A stretch of DNA of 64,000 nucleotides from positions 32,979 to 96,978 of IMG/VR virus record IMGVR_UViG_3300042305_000730. The stretch is one strand, 5' to 3'. The notes under the pieces are model-generated. The model saw only the letters and a list, made by a program, of their open reading frames with translations. It made no database searches and was not told the origin of the DNA. Made by a program: the position numbers and the translations under genes. The first letter of the stretch is position 1, and each line of letters opens with the position of its first letter. This document shows positions 53,904 through 63,485 of this stretch, one piece after another. The DNA is from a virus.

Positions 53904-54151
53904 ACGGGTATCCGTAGTTGTGTTCCAGGGGTGAGGTCTAATGGAAAACCCACTTGCGGATTTACATCAGCAATTCTCCACCATTGACCTGGGTCATTAA
54001 ACAACTTTGAAGCAAGTGACTCCATTGTGTCACCTATTTGCACACTGTATAAAAACACAGATACGTCAGAAACTTCTTTTCTAGCAGCCGTAATAATACC
54101 ATCAGATAGGACAACAGGGTTAAAGCCATAACGAGAAAGAACAGTAATCAT
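53900..54151 (-). CDS. LysM/gpX-like baseplate protein
   Basis: GDT.ESLA......WWRIADVNP...L.PG..LRIP. Confidence 0.85.
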   Translation of the reverse strand: MITVLSRYGFNPVVLSDGIITAARKEVSDVSVFLYSVQIGDTMESLASKLFNDPGQWWRIADVNPQVGFPLDLTPGTQLRIPV

Positions 54152-55920
54152 ACTTTTCTGTCTTTCTGAGTTATTGGTAATGCACCAACTGTTAATAAAC
54201 CTAGTTTCATACTTTCGTCGTACATGACAGTTGAACGCATGTGTATAAATTGTGGAAGTCTTAGAGAGCCAATAATTGGCCTTTCACAAAAAGTAGTTAT
54301 CTTAAATTCCACATTAAATTTATCTTGTGTAAAGGGTCTTGGTACCAGCGTGTCCGCAATTTCCCATCTCCATACAGCATCTTCTCCCCTATTAGCAATT
54401 TTCCCATAGTAAAGGCCATCAAAACTTACTTGGGGCGGACTTACCACAGGGCGTTCACTGTAATATATCTTATGATTATCAATTGTAATAAGGAATGGTT
54501 CTTCTTCGGTGCCCCACTGTTTGTAATCAGTTAAACCTTCATTAGGTGGTTTTCCAGTTGCATACTGTAAAGGAGCACCACCAGCAGTAGTTGCTGCAGT
54601 AAGGCCCACAGTTCTCCCTCCCACGTTATTTGCATTTGTTACGTGAGAATGCCACCAAATCTTTATTTCTCCACTAAACGTAAAGGTGGCTTCCCCTGCT
54701 GCTTTTGCTTCTTTAACCATTGTGTCATAAAACGCTTGACCTGCTCTAGTTGTTTTTACGTTAAAGTTTAATATTTCACTTGGTTCAGATTTTGAAAAAA
54801 AACTACTAACTTTCTTAACGCCACTTGTTCCTTGGTCCCAATTTGCTTTATCAAGGAACTCACGTAGACCTGCTTTTGTTTGATCTTGTAATCTTTTTTC
54901 ATTTGTACCTGCCGCAAATGTGTCTTCTACACCAGGCGTTTCCGTAGGCACTTTCTGTATGTCTGTTAAGAATGTATTTTCTTGGGCAAAACCAATGTAC
55001 AAAGCCTGCATCTGTATTGCTACTGAGCACTGCGTTGGTATGAAGGAACGAGTGTACTTATTAAAAGTAACTTGACTACTTGTAACAAATCCTTCAATTA
55101 TCATCCAGTTACTAAATACCACACGAATAGGTTGCGGAACTAAGAACGCTTTATTTCCAAGGTTTTGAACAAATGAATTCATTCTATTCTTGTCGTACAC
55201 TGCTGTTGTAGTTGTTTTCTTTTCTTTATCATCTTCATCTACTTTTTCGTAGGTGTCTTCCTGTAAGTTAAGCGAAGCAGTACCTTCTTTTGGGAACACT
55301 GCATTAACAACATCTTGTGAGAGACCAACACCCAAGATGTCGTCAAGAATCATTATGTCTGCAAGAACTCCAAGTTTGGTAACCCACGCTGGGTTATATG
55401 GTTCTTCCAAAAAGTTCTTCATTGCATCTTGAAATTCATATTCGGTGTTTATATTAGGCAAATCTACTTTTGTGGGTTTGCCACCAACCAGGTACGTACC
55501 ACTATTTACTTCTGCCTCACGATTAAATAATAGTTCAAAGGCAAACCCTGCTTTTCCAGGCACGGGTTGGGCTAACTGTGCAGGTTCTTGGTTAAAGAAC
55601 AATTGCATACTTGTATCTGATTGGATACTGCGAGTAATACTATCTGGATTAAATTGAAAGAGGCACTTTAAATTATTTAAAACAGTTGGGTTGTCGGTTG
55701 CACCTTCAGGCGTTTTATTATAAAACTCAGTTAACCTACGAACATACCCACGCTTTATTGTGGTCGCACCACTACCACTATTGACAAAATCACCATCATC
55801 TCTAGCACGGGGGTAAAGGAACGCTGCGTTACTCTTAGTGGCAGGTTTTTTTGTTTCAAGTTTTGCCTGTGCTGCTTGTTTTGCTTTTTGTCCTTTTTGT
55901 CCTTTGTTATTAACAACCAT
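54148..55920 (-). CDS. tail tube initiator / baseplate-associated protein
   Basis: FQFNPDSI...FELLFNR...P.RVVF...EGFV......F; located after the tape measure. Confidence 0.6.
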   Translation of the reverse strand: MVVNNKGQKGQKAKQAAQAKLETKKPATKSNAAFLYPRARDDGDFVNSGSGATTIKRGYVRRLTEFYNKTPEGATDNPTVLNNLKCLFQFNPDSITRSIQSDTSMQLFFNQEPAQLAQPVPGKAGFAFELLFNREAEVNSGTYLVGGKPTKVDLPNINTEYEFQDAMKNFLEEPYNPAWVTKLGVLADIMILDDILGVGLSQDVVNAVFPKEGTASLNLQEDTYEKVDEDDKEKKTTTTAVYDKNRMNSFVQNLGNKAFLVPQPIRVVFSNWMIIEGFVTSSQVTFNKYTRSFIPTQCSVAIQMQALYIGFAQENTFLTDIQKVPTETPGVEDTFAAGTNEKRLQDQTKAGLREFLDKANWDQGTSGVKKVSSFFSKSEPSEILNFNVKTTRAGQAFYDTMVKEAKAAGEATFTFSGEIKIWWHSHVTNANNVGGRTVGLTAATTAGGAPLQYATGKPPNEGLTDYKQWGTEEEPFLITIDNHKIYYSERPVVSPPQVSFDGLYYGKIANRGEDAVWRWEIADTLVPRPFTQDKFNVEFKITTFCERPIIGSLRLPQFIHMRSTVMYDESMKLGLLTVGALPITQKDRKV

Positions 55921-58604
55921 TAGGCATTCCTCAGCAATTCTTTCTTAAGTTCTCGTTCCATAATTTGGGCAATTTCTTGCGCCATCTTTCTTGCATCTTG
56001 TTGTGTACTGCCTGAAGAAGTTACATAAATGTTTGGAGCAATTGTAACATTAGTTCCACCTGACACTTGCACACTGGTGCTACCACGACTAGGGGTATTG
56101 AATGTTGGGTCACCTCTATCTACGCCTGCTGTCTTTGCAGCAACTTTTGTTTTTTGCATCCAACTATCAGTCCCAGCCATTGGCCCACCATCAGTGTTCC
56201 ACGGCTTATAGTTACCATCCCCGAACTCAAGGCGTGCTGCTTTTATGTTGGTTCGTGGATCAAACAACTCTTCATTGCTTGAAATGCCGTAGCGTTCCCT
56301 ACGCACTGGGCCCAAATCACCAATCATGTTAATTTGGAAAAGCCCGTAGGAACGATCTGGACCTTTGCCGTTGTATGCACCTGGTTGCCAGTTAGATTCC
56401 CGTCCTGCAATAGCCATCATGTTCAAAAGGTGTTGTCCACGGAAACCACGTTTGTACATAAGTGTTGCAAGTTCTACAGGGTCCATTGCACCACCAGGAC
56501 GAGCACCTGCTGATGGACTTGGTGGGGATGTGTTTTTACCAGTGCTTTGGGCGCTAACACTATGTGAATTACTACCCGTGGCTCCACCCATTGCCTGACG
56601 ATTCATTCTAGAGATGCTGCTAATTTGTTCACCTAGGGACATACCCTGAAAAGTAGAGTAAGTGGCACTTCCTCCTGCTGAATCTTTACCTACGTACTGG
56701 TCTCCAATAACATAGGCACCAGTGTCGGTTCCGCTAGATCCTTTAGAGGTTCCTGCAGGAGCACCCCATCGTGAACCTTGCTTTTCATATTCCCACCTAG
56801 AGTTTGGTAGTTCTGCTGGTTGGATGTGCCATGGTTCTCCGTTGACATCACCAAATGTCTTAAGACCAAAGCGAGCAGCGTTTTCTTGCACCCAGTCCAA
56901 GTCACCAACAAGGTCTGCTGCAAGACCAATTTCGTGCATAGACTTTCCAGGAGGGGCGGCTGGAGCACCGCTTGTGTGTTTGTACTGTTCCCCATTCCAT
57001 TCAGCGTCGCCCTCAGAGCCATCTGTTACTTTCTTATAACGAGAAAGAAACAATTGTTTTTGTTGTCCTTCTGAACGAATACCTTCACCAATACCCACGT
57101 TAGGGTTTTCAGCAAACATCTTTAGTAGTCGGGTTTTAAAAGTTGTGTTTAACGGCGCAAAAGTAGAAGTAGTTGCTACTTGTGAAAGTGGTACTCGTTT
57201 CGTTGGTGAGCCATACCCCATAGGTACACTTACTCCAGACCTTTGTTTTTCTTCTGGCATTGGGTCACCTGACATCAATGATCCGCCCAAAAACATTAGT
57301 GGTATGCCAAACGCAGAACCAATGCCTGTCATTGACGCAGCAGCCCCAAGACCAAATGCCGCAGCCCCAAGTCCCTTTCGTACCATTCCACCTTTAGTGG
57401 ATACCCCTACTCCAATAAGTGGGGAGAGCGCTTCTTCAAGTCCACCCAAGGCTCTAGTTACTGCCTGGATTCCTTTTTCCATATCGGCGTAGTTATCTGC
57501 TTGACGCTTATAGAAGTTTTCATCTCTTCCTTCTTTTGTGCGGGCAGTCTCCTCTGCTTGGGTAGCAAAGTTGTCTTCAATGCCCATCATCTTTCGTTGT
57601 GCTTTGTTGGAAGGGTCATACATTCCCTTCCCACCCTTCTTTTGATACGCAACATTAGTATCGGCATAGTCAAGAACCATGTCAATCATGTCTGGCGGAA
57701 CACCCATTGATTCCAATCGTGTCCTTGTTACCGACCCAGATTGACGTGCTCCCTTAAGCACTCCAGCATTAGTTAAGCCAGAATTCTTTGTAATGTCCTT
57801 AATAACTTGGTCAATCCCACGTTGTTGTCCACCTACTCCATAGATACCTGTTCCAAGCATCATTGTCATACGATTGTTTACTTCGGCGGAACTTAAGGTA
57901 TTAACCATGTTTGCCATGTCACCCGTAGAGTACGAGTAACCAGATAGGGCTCTTAGTCCAGCGATACCACTTGCTTGCTTAGATGCTTCTAAGCCCGTAC
58001 TTGCTTGAAGTGAAAGTAACGTATTGATTCCACCATACCCAAGGCGTTGGTCTTGTAGTGGTTTACGCATCTGGTTGTAGTACTGGTTATTTGTAATACC
58101 TTTATTTTGTTGGTAGTACACGCCTAGTTTATCTACACCAAGTGATCTTTCATAGTTACTGTTAATGCGATTATCAAGTGTTTGAATAGCCACATTGAGC
58201 ATTTGCAGGGCAGCAGCACCAGTGCCACCTCTGCTACCACCTATTCCTCCACCACCTGCACCTCTGGGAGCGCCTTGGTTAATAGTGATATTTTGAATTG
58301 CTTGCCTAGCGTCAGTAGCATTGGCTTGGGTAGTTGCATTATTAGTATTATTAGCGGGGCCTAGTGGTAATTGAATACCAGCACCCGTAGGAGACCCACC
58401 TCCACCACCCTGTAACCCACCTAGTTTTTGAATGCCTTGTAGAGCCTTAAGTGTTTTATCTAACTTAGTATTGATTTGCGTTAGGTTTTTACTAAGCCAT
58501 TCAAAATCGCCACGAACGCCTTTAACGCTTTTAGCCAACTTATCAATAGACTCAGTATCAAGTTTGAACTTGGTACGAAGGTCACCTAAGTTTTTCTCTG
58601 CCAT
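55920..58604 (-). CDS. tape measure protein with M15 peptidase and lytic transglycosylase domains
   Basis: Helical N-terminal half; APPGKSMHEIGLAAD...EPWH; RES...SYGLFQIN...DP.TN. Confidence 0.85.
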   Translation of the reverse strand: MAEKNLGDLRTKFKLDTESIDKLAKSVKGVRGDFEWLSKNLTQINTKLDKTLKALQGIQKLGGLQGGGGGSPTGAGIQLPLGPANNTNNATTQANATDARQAIQNITINQGAPRGAGGGGIGGSRGGTGAAALQMLNVAIQTLDNRINSNYERSLGVDKLGVYYQQNKGITNNQYYNQMRKPLQDQRLGYGGINTLLSLQASTGLEASKQASGIAGLRALSGYSYSTGDMANMVNTLSSAEVNNRMTMMLGTGIYGVGGQQRGIDQVIKDITKNSGLTNAGVLKGARQSGSVTRTRLESMGVPPDMIDMVLDYADTNVAYQKKGGKGMYDPSNKAQRKMMGIEDNFATQAEETARTKEGRDENFYKRQADNYADMEKGIQAVTRALGGLEEALSPLIGVGVSTKGGMVRKGLGAAAFGLGAAASMTGIGSAFGIPLMFLGGSLMSGDPMPEEKQRSGVSVPMGYGSPTKRVPLSQVATTSTFAPLNTTFKTRLLKMFAENPNVGIGEGIRSEGQQKQLFLSRYKKVTDGSEGDAEWNGEQYKHTSGAPAAPPGKSMHEIGLAADLVGDLDWVQENAARFGLKTFGDVNGEPWHIQPAELPNSRWEYEKQGSRWGAPAGTSKGSSGTDTGAYVIGDQYVGKDSAGGSATYSTFQGMSLGEQISSISRMNRQAMGGATGSNSHSVSAQSTGKNTSPPSPSAGARPGGAMDPVELATLMYKRGFRGQHLLNMMAIAGRESNWQPGAYNGKGPDRSYGLFQINMIGDLGPVRRERYGISSNEELFDPRTNIKAARLEFGDGNYKPWNTDGGPMAGTDSWMQKTKVAAKTAGVDRGDPTFNTPSRGSTSVQVSGGTNVTIAPNIYVTSSGSTQQDARKMAQEIAQIMERELKKELLRNA

Positions 58605-58757
58605 TATGACTCCTGTTTACGCCACTTACTCATTGCTGACCAGTAGGCTCTTTGGCGCACAGTCATTGTTTTTATGTCGTTGAGCGAAAAGCCCTTGTAA
58701 ACAGTTGCTATTGAATCGTACTCCCAATATGTTACTACTAAATTAGCCGAATAAAAG
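58604..58757 (-). CDS. tail assembly chaperone C-terminal extension (possible frameshift product)
   Basis: YWEY...GFSLNDIKTMTVRQR.YW in the +1 frame, with no nearby start. Confidence 0.5.
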
Positions 58758-59537
58758 TGAGGCCCAGTTAAGCATGATTGGGAAAGGTTTTTCGCAATGG
58801 GCACAGTGGGCATCCACCTCCTTGATTTCTGGGCCAGGTTGTGCTTCCAATAGTGCATCAATAATCTTTGCTCGGTCTTTCATCCCCAACTTCTTAGCCC
58901 AAACCATAATGTCGGCTGGCTTTTCCACACCTTCCCAATCAGCACACCTAGCAATAAGCATAGTGTTTTGCTCTGGAATGCTCTTCGCTAATTTGCTTAC
59001 ATGCTGGCTATCGGCCCCAGTAACAAGATTAAACTTCTGCACTGTCCCATTCTTAAGGAAAATCTTAATTTGTTCCTTTGGGTTAACAGACGCATCCCTA
59101 TTAGGGAACTCGTTTAGGTTGATAAGTACATCATTACTTCCACGACAGTGGGGGCAATTAATTTGATATTCCCGAGTATCCCCATACGTAGCCTTGACCG
59201 TAGCCAAAAACAATGCATCCCTATCCCCAATGATGAGCGAATCAATCACCGCTGGGTTGCTTTTGACTGAAGTATTACCAATAGACACAACACTTCTTTT
59301 TAAAAGTGCTGACATATATTGGGCATACAAAACATCATCGTCAGAGTCCAAGGCTGCAAGTGCTTCCTCGTCCTCACCAGTTAACTCAGAAACTACCGCA
59401 GTAGTTTCCCAATCCCCCGTATCGTTGTTTTTGACTCCTCGGAACAACTCAACAGATACGATTGGTGACGATTGAATACGGGGTACTGGATCGGACATGG
59501 CTTGATTAACGGCTAAGGCATCAGATTGTGTTGGCAC
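58743..59537 (-). CDS. tail/baseplate assembly chaperone (T4 gp26-like)
   Basis: ELTGEDEE...L.IGDRD.L......TYG...CPHC...CAHC. Confidence 0.75.
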   Translation of the reverse strand: MPTQSDALAVNQAMSDPVPRIQSSPIVSVELFRGVKNNDTGDWETTAVVSELTGEDEEALAALDSDDDVLYAQYMSALLKRSVVSIGNTSVKSNPAVIDSLIIGDRDALFLATVKATYGDTREYQINCPHCRGSNDVLINLNEFPNRDASVNPKEQIKIFLKNGTVQKFNLVTGADSQHVSKLAKSIPEQNTMLIARCADWEGVEKPADIMVWAKKLGMKDRAKIIDALLEAQPGPEIKEVDAHCAHCEKPFPIMLNWASLLFG

Positions 59538-59582
59538 TACTACTCCTATTTGTTTGGTGAACGAATACTATCTTAAAACGGA

Positions 59583-60203
59583 TTATTTGGTGGCTAATGC
59601 AGCAATATCTTCAGGACTCCACGCAACATAAAAACCTTCATGGTGGATATTCATCTGTTGAACCATAATGCCGTTATCACCAGCATTAAGATCACTAAGA
59701 CCATAAGCACCAGGCCAACAGTTAAACATTTTAAAGGCTAACTTAACATTACCTGGTTTAACACCTGCTGTATCGGTATGGCCCAATTGGTACTTTGCAT
59801 CACCAGCCATATACGGATGATCAAAAACCTTAACTAGAATGTCACAACGGTAATTTGAGTCGTCACCTTTAGCACCACCCTCAAAACCAGCCGCGCCGCC
59901 ATTAATCCAAGCATGCATAAACTTTTGCCAATTCCACAGTTCGGCTTGATTGGCAAAGGCACCACGTGCAAAAGAAACCGCAGGGAAGTCTGATTGACCA
60001 ATCATCTTGTGCGGGTGTGTATTCATACCACCCTCACGGTAGGCAATCAGTTCATTCTGAACAGATAGACCACCAACTTGGGCAAAACCAAGATCGCCAA
60101 TACCAGTTACTAGTGTTTTTAGTGCATTGTCAATAGGATGAAAACTTACCGTAAACTTAAAGTTACGTAGAGGATCAGTTCTTGTTGTTGATGTAAATGT
60201 CAT
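59583..60203 (-). CDS. tail tube protein (gp19-like)
   Basis: DPLRNFKF...GF..VGGL......YREGG...RG...NCWP......L. Confidence 0.9.
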   Translation of the reverse strand: MTFTSTTRTDPLRNFKFTVSFHPIDNALKTLVTGIGDLGFAQVGGLSVQNELIAYREGGMNTHPHKMIGQSDFPAVSFARGAFANQAELWNWQKFMHAWINGGAAGFEGGAKGDDSNYRCDILVKVFDHPYMAGDAKYQLGHTDTAGVKPGNVKLAFKMFNCWPGAYGLSDLNAGDNGIMVQQMNIHHEGFYVAWSPEDIAALATK

Positions 60204-60212
60204 TAGTATCTC

Positions 60213-61757
60213 CTAGATATTAGTGGTTACTGTACTTCCACCAGTCCACTGACTGATGGTGATTACGATAAATTCAGCAGGTGACTGCAAGGCTACACCT
60301 ACTTCAATGTTAACTACTCCGTTTTCAATATCAAGTGCCGTATTGTTTGCTGACCCACAGTTTACAAAGAAAGCCTCGGATGCTGTGCGTCCTTTGAGAC
60401 CACCTGTACCCCAGAAGTTAGTAAGTAACGAAGTAAGTCGCACAGTAAGGTCTGTCCACAAACGCTCGTCGTTTGGTTCAAACAATGCTGAGGCAGTTGT
60501 TGTCTTTAGAGTATCTTTGAGGAAATTCAAAGAACGACGAACTGATACAAACTTATCACTGGTATTGCGAGCCTGTGTACGGGCTCCATTGATAATGACA
60601 CCAACGCCTGGAACAAGTGTAAACAAGTTAAGTTGGCTGTCCTTATAGAGTGTTCCTTGTTCAGTTTCGGTAAGTGTTGCAACCAAGCCATATACGTTAC
60701 GGATGTCTAAACCGTAACCAGCAGGTGCCTTAGAAATACCACGAGAAACTTCTGAGCGAACAAACGCACCAGCAACTGCACCACCTGGGTAAGTGTTACG
60801 TACAGCCGCAGCACCTGTCTTAGTTGGGTCAAACATTTTAAGGGCTGGCCCATATACACCACCATAACTTGATTTTGTGTATGGGTCAACAGCATCTGCC
60901 AAAGTTTGCTTAGTAGTTGCTGTAAGTGGGCTGTCAATAATCAAGAACGAATTACCACGAACACTCATAACTGAAAGTGCATTATTGATAATCGTAGAGG
61001 AGGTTTGACCCACAAGGTTAAACAACAGACCAGGAACAATAGTTTCGTATGAATCTAAAGTACTTGCCCAATCTGAAGCGTCAATAGAACTACCTTCAGA
61101 ACCGCCAGCCAAAGTTACGGTAGTTACCAAGTCACCAACACCAACACCAACAACAGTTAGTTCGGCAGTTGGTCCAAGGGCAACAACACTAGCGCTATTA
61201 ATATACGACGAATAGTTTCCTAAAACAGTTGATAGGAAACGGTTATCGGCTGGATTAAAAGACAAACCAGACCAGTTCTCTACTTGAACCCCAGAAAGGT
61301 TTACAGTAACACTAAACAGTGTATCAAGGTCTACTTTTGGTGCAGTAGTTGCAGTAACAACTGTATCTTCTTGAAAAGTAATATCAACTGTTAGGTTGTT
61401 ACCCCAAATACCAGGAGATTTGGCAACGAAGGCTGTCAATGGTGCAGCGCTACCACCAGTAGGAGTGGCATTAACTGAACCTACTGCGGAAACCGCTGCG
61501 GCATCAGCAACACGAGAAACATATGCAGATTGTCCGCCATTAGCAAAGTAATGATACACAGCGTAACCAAGATCGTACACTTGGTTTAAATCACCAAACA
61601 ACGACTTGTACGCCGCCCAAGTAGTGATTAGTGTTGGCGTGGTTGGTCCACGCTCTGCTGTTCCTAGAAAGGCAGCAGTAGTTGGTCCTTGAGCCTGTGC
61701 AATATTTGTCGCAAACGTACCTTCTTGTACGTATACTCCTGGGCGTTCGTATGCCAT
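60213..61757 (-). CDS. tail sheath protein
   Basis: RPGVYVQE, YFANGG, PGIWGN, KAPAG, GART, VRR, FEPND, PAEFI. Confidence 0.95.
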   Translation of the reverse strand: MAYERPGVYVQEGTFATNIAQAQGPTTAAFLGTAERGPTTPTLITTWAAYKSLFGDLNQVYDLGYAVYHYFANGGQSAYVSRVADAAAVSAVGSVNATPTGGSAAPLTAFVAKSPGIWGNNLTVDITFQEDTVVTATTAPKVDLDTLFSVTVNLSGVQVENWSGLSFNPADNRFLSTVLGNYSSYINSASVVALGPTAELTVVGVGVGDLVTTVTLAGGSEGSSIDASDWASTLDSYETIVPGLLFNLVGQTSSTIINNALSVMSVRGNSFLIIDSPLTATTKQTLADAVDPYTKSSYGGVYGPALKMFDPTKTGAAAVRNTYPGGAVAGAFVRSEVSRGISKAPAGYGLDIRNVYGLVATLTETEQGTLYKDSQLNLFTLVPGVGVIINGARTQARNTSDKFVSVRRSLNFLKDTLKTTTASALFEPNDERLWTDLTVRLTSLLTNFWGTGGLKGRTASEAFFVNCGSANNTALDIENGVVNIEVGVALQSPAEFIVITISQWTGGSTVTTNI

Positions 61758-61798
61758 TATTTACTCCTCTAACTTAGTGGGGGTTTTTGATAAAGAAA

Positions 61799-62485
61799 TC
61801 ACGAGTTAAAAACATAAGTTTGATGGCTAATTGTACTACTGATTGACGTAACAGGTTTCGTTTCTTCCAAGTGTGCCAACTCTTGTCCTGTTATTTCTGC
61901 TGACATTTTTAAGGTTAAAACCTTGCGAAATATGCGTTTTCTATAGCCAGATTCCGTGTCCAAGAGATCCGCATTAGTCCAATCTAGCATATCAAATCGT
62001 CGGGTTGTATTATCGGCAGGAATGGTAATTGAGTTAAATCTAAAAGGGACTATTTTAGACAACAACATAGAAGTTAATTGTCTGTCATGTAGTGCAGAAC
62101 GGCAATAAATAGATACCTGATATAGCAGGTCTACTGGGATAAATGGGTCAGCAATCATCAATTGGGCACTACCAGAATAGGAATGGCTGGCACTGACTGT
62201 GGATAACTCACTAGGCCAATATGACACAAATGCTGGTCTATCTTCATAACGGGCAGCATTGGTAGTGTCAAAATAGATGGGGTTATCTGAGTGCTGGCGA
62301 TCTGTGGCGTGGAGGATGTCTATAAGTTCAATAGTGATAAACGGGTATTCTCGTTCAGTTTCACCTTCGGGATAGCGGAAAAAGACCTTGACTGGGCGTT
62401 GGGCATTGCGGTCATCAACCACATACAGAGAACTAAACCTGGCTTTAATTGCCTCATCTTCCGCTAAGATAAAACCAGTCTTCAC
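61799..62485 (-). CDS. tail terminator / sheath stabiliser
   Basis: YPFITI...P.DLLYQV; upstream of the sheath gene. Confidence 0.65.
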   Translation of the reverse strand: MKTGFILAEDEAIKARFSSLYVVDDRNAQRPVKVFFRYPEGETEREYPFITIELIDILHATDRQHSDNPIYFDTTNAARYEDRPAFVSYWPSELSTVSASHSYSGSAQLMIADPFIPVDLLYQVSIYCRSALHDRQLTSMLLSKIVPFRFNSITIPADNTTRRFDMLDWTNADLLDTESGYRKRIFRKVLTLKMSAEITGQELAHLEETKPVTSISSTISHQTYVFNS

Positions 62486-62892
62486 TTACTGCGCCCTGTT
62501 TCAGCAAGTCTTTTAAGTCTTTTGTTTATTTCTGCACCAAGTGTTCGGTTGGCGGTTAAGATTTCATGGCGAATAATGGACTTCGCAGGAGAACCAAACT
62601 CTATATCCATTGCTTCTTGCTGTGATTCAGGTAAGGTACCATAGGCAAAAGAGTTATCCTCACTGTCCCAAGTAATCCTAAAGTCTTTTGCAATAGGGTC
62701 CCACCGACTATCTTTTTGCGGGAGTACTCCTTGGATACGGGAAACTTCGGACTTCCTAGCATCCTCAAGGATGTCACCTAGGTATGTTTCTAGGTTTAAA
62801 AACAAATCACCATAGAATGCTAATGGGGCAGGGCATCCTTGGATTAGTTGCTTGGAACTAGAACTTTGGGCAACGACAGGTGTAGCAACCAT
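62482..62892 (-). CDS. hypothetical neck-region protein
   Basis: SD AAGGAG; position in operon. Confidence 0.55.
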   Translation of the reverse strand: MVATPVVAQSSSSKQLIQGCPAPLAFYGDLFLNLETYLGDILEDARKSEVSRIQGVLPQKDSRWDPIAKDFRITWDSEDNSFAYGTLPESQQEAMDIEFGSPAKSIIRHEILTANRTLGAEINKRLKRLAETGRSK

Positions 62893-62951
62893 GATGTCTC
62901 CTTAGTTCTAGGCGTTGTATCGCTTGACGCGCATCAAGCAATATAAGTTTA

Positions 62952-63482
62952 TCAGGTTGCCATTGGTAGTTTTTGAGGCCAAGGGTAATCTTGAGTAGAC
63001 ATTGCTTCAGGACCTGGATCGTTTACCATTTCCTCATCAATGTATATTTCTAAGCCTTCAACGACTACGAGGACATCATCTTTTGCCCGACCACGAACTC
63101 GGTACATAGATACCCCATAATAGCGAGCATCATAAAAAAACATATCGTTTAGGTGTCTTTGGTATTCAAAGGGTTGGCTAACCCCCGCTGTGCGAAGATC
63201 CTCAATAGAAAATACAGCATTTAAAACTTGGACTGGCTGACGACCTTCAGGGATTGCCCTTTTAGTATCTTCAGTTTCAGTAATCATCAAGGTAGGTAGG
63301 ACAATCCCATCCTTATACTTCTTACCGCCCGTAGACATATTTCCCTCGTCATACACATCATCTAAGGTGCTACCCCCTTGACCAAAAGGGATAAACTCAA
63401 ACCACGTAACAAACTCCCCTGAGTTACGTTGGTATTGATGGTACTTATTCCTAATTAAATTAAGTTCACGCCTAGTATCCAT
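62952..63482 (-). CDS. head-tail joining (neck) protein
   Basis: DDVYDEG motif; position in operon. Confidence 0.55.
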   Translation of the reverse strand: MDTRRELNLIRNKYHQYQRNSGEFVTWFEFIPFGQGGSTLDDVYDEGNMSTGGKKYKDGIVLPTLMITETEDTKRAIPEGRQPVQVLNAVFSIEDLRTAGVSQPFEYQRHLNDMFFYDARYYGVSMYRVRGRAKDDVLVVVEGLEIYIDEEMVNDPGPEAMSTQDYPWPQKLPMAT

Positions 63483-63485
63483 AGG

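Noticed and set aside
48376-62485. Extracellular contractile injection system or tailocin
   Set aside because: The tube, sheath and baseplate resemble eCIS parts, but they are continuous with neck genes and a full phage replication module.
62893-62951. Riboswitch in the leader with hairpin GCTTGA...TCAAGC
   Set aside because: A single short hairpin; I cannot match it to any aptamer consensus.
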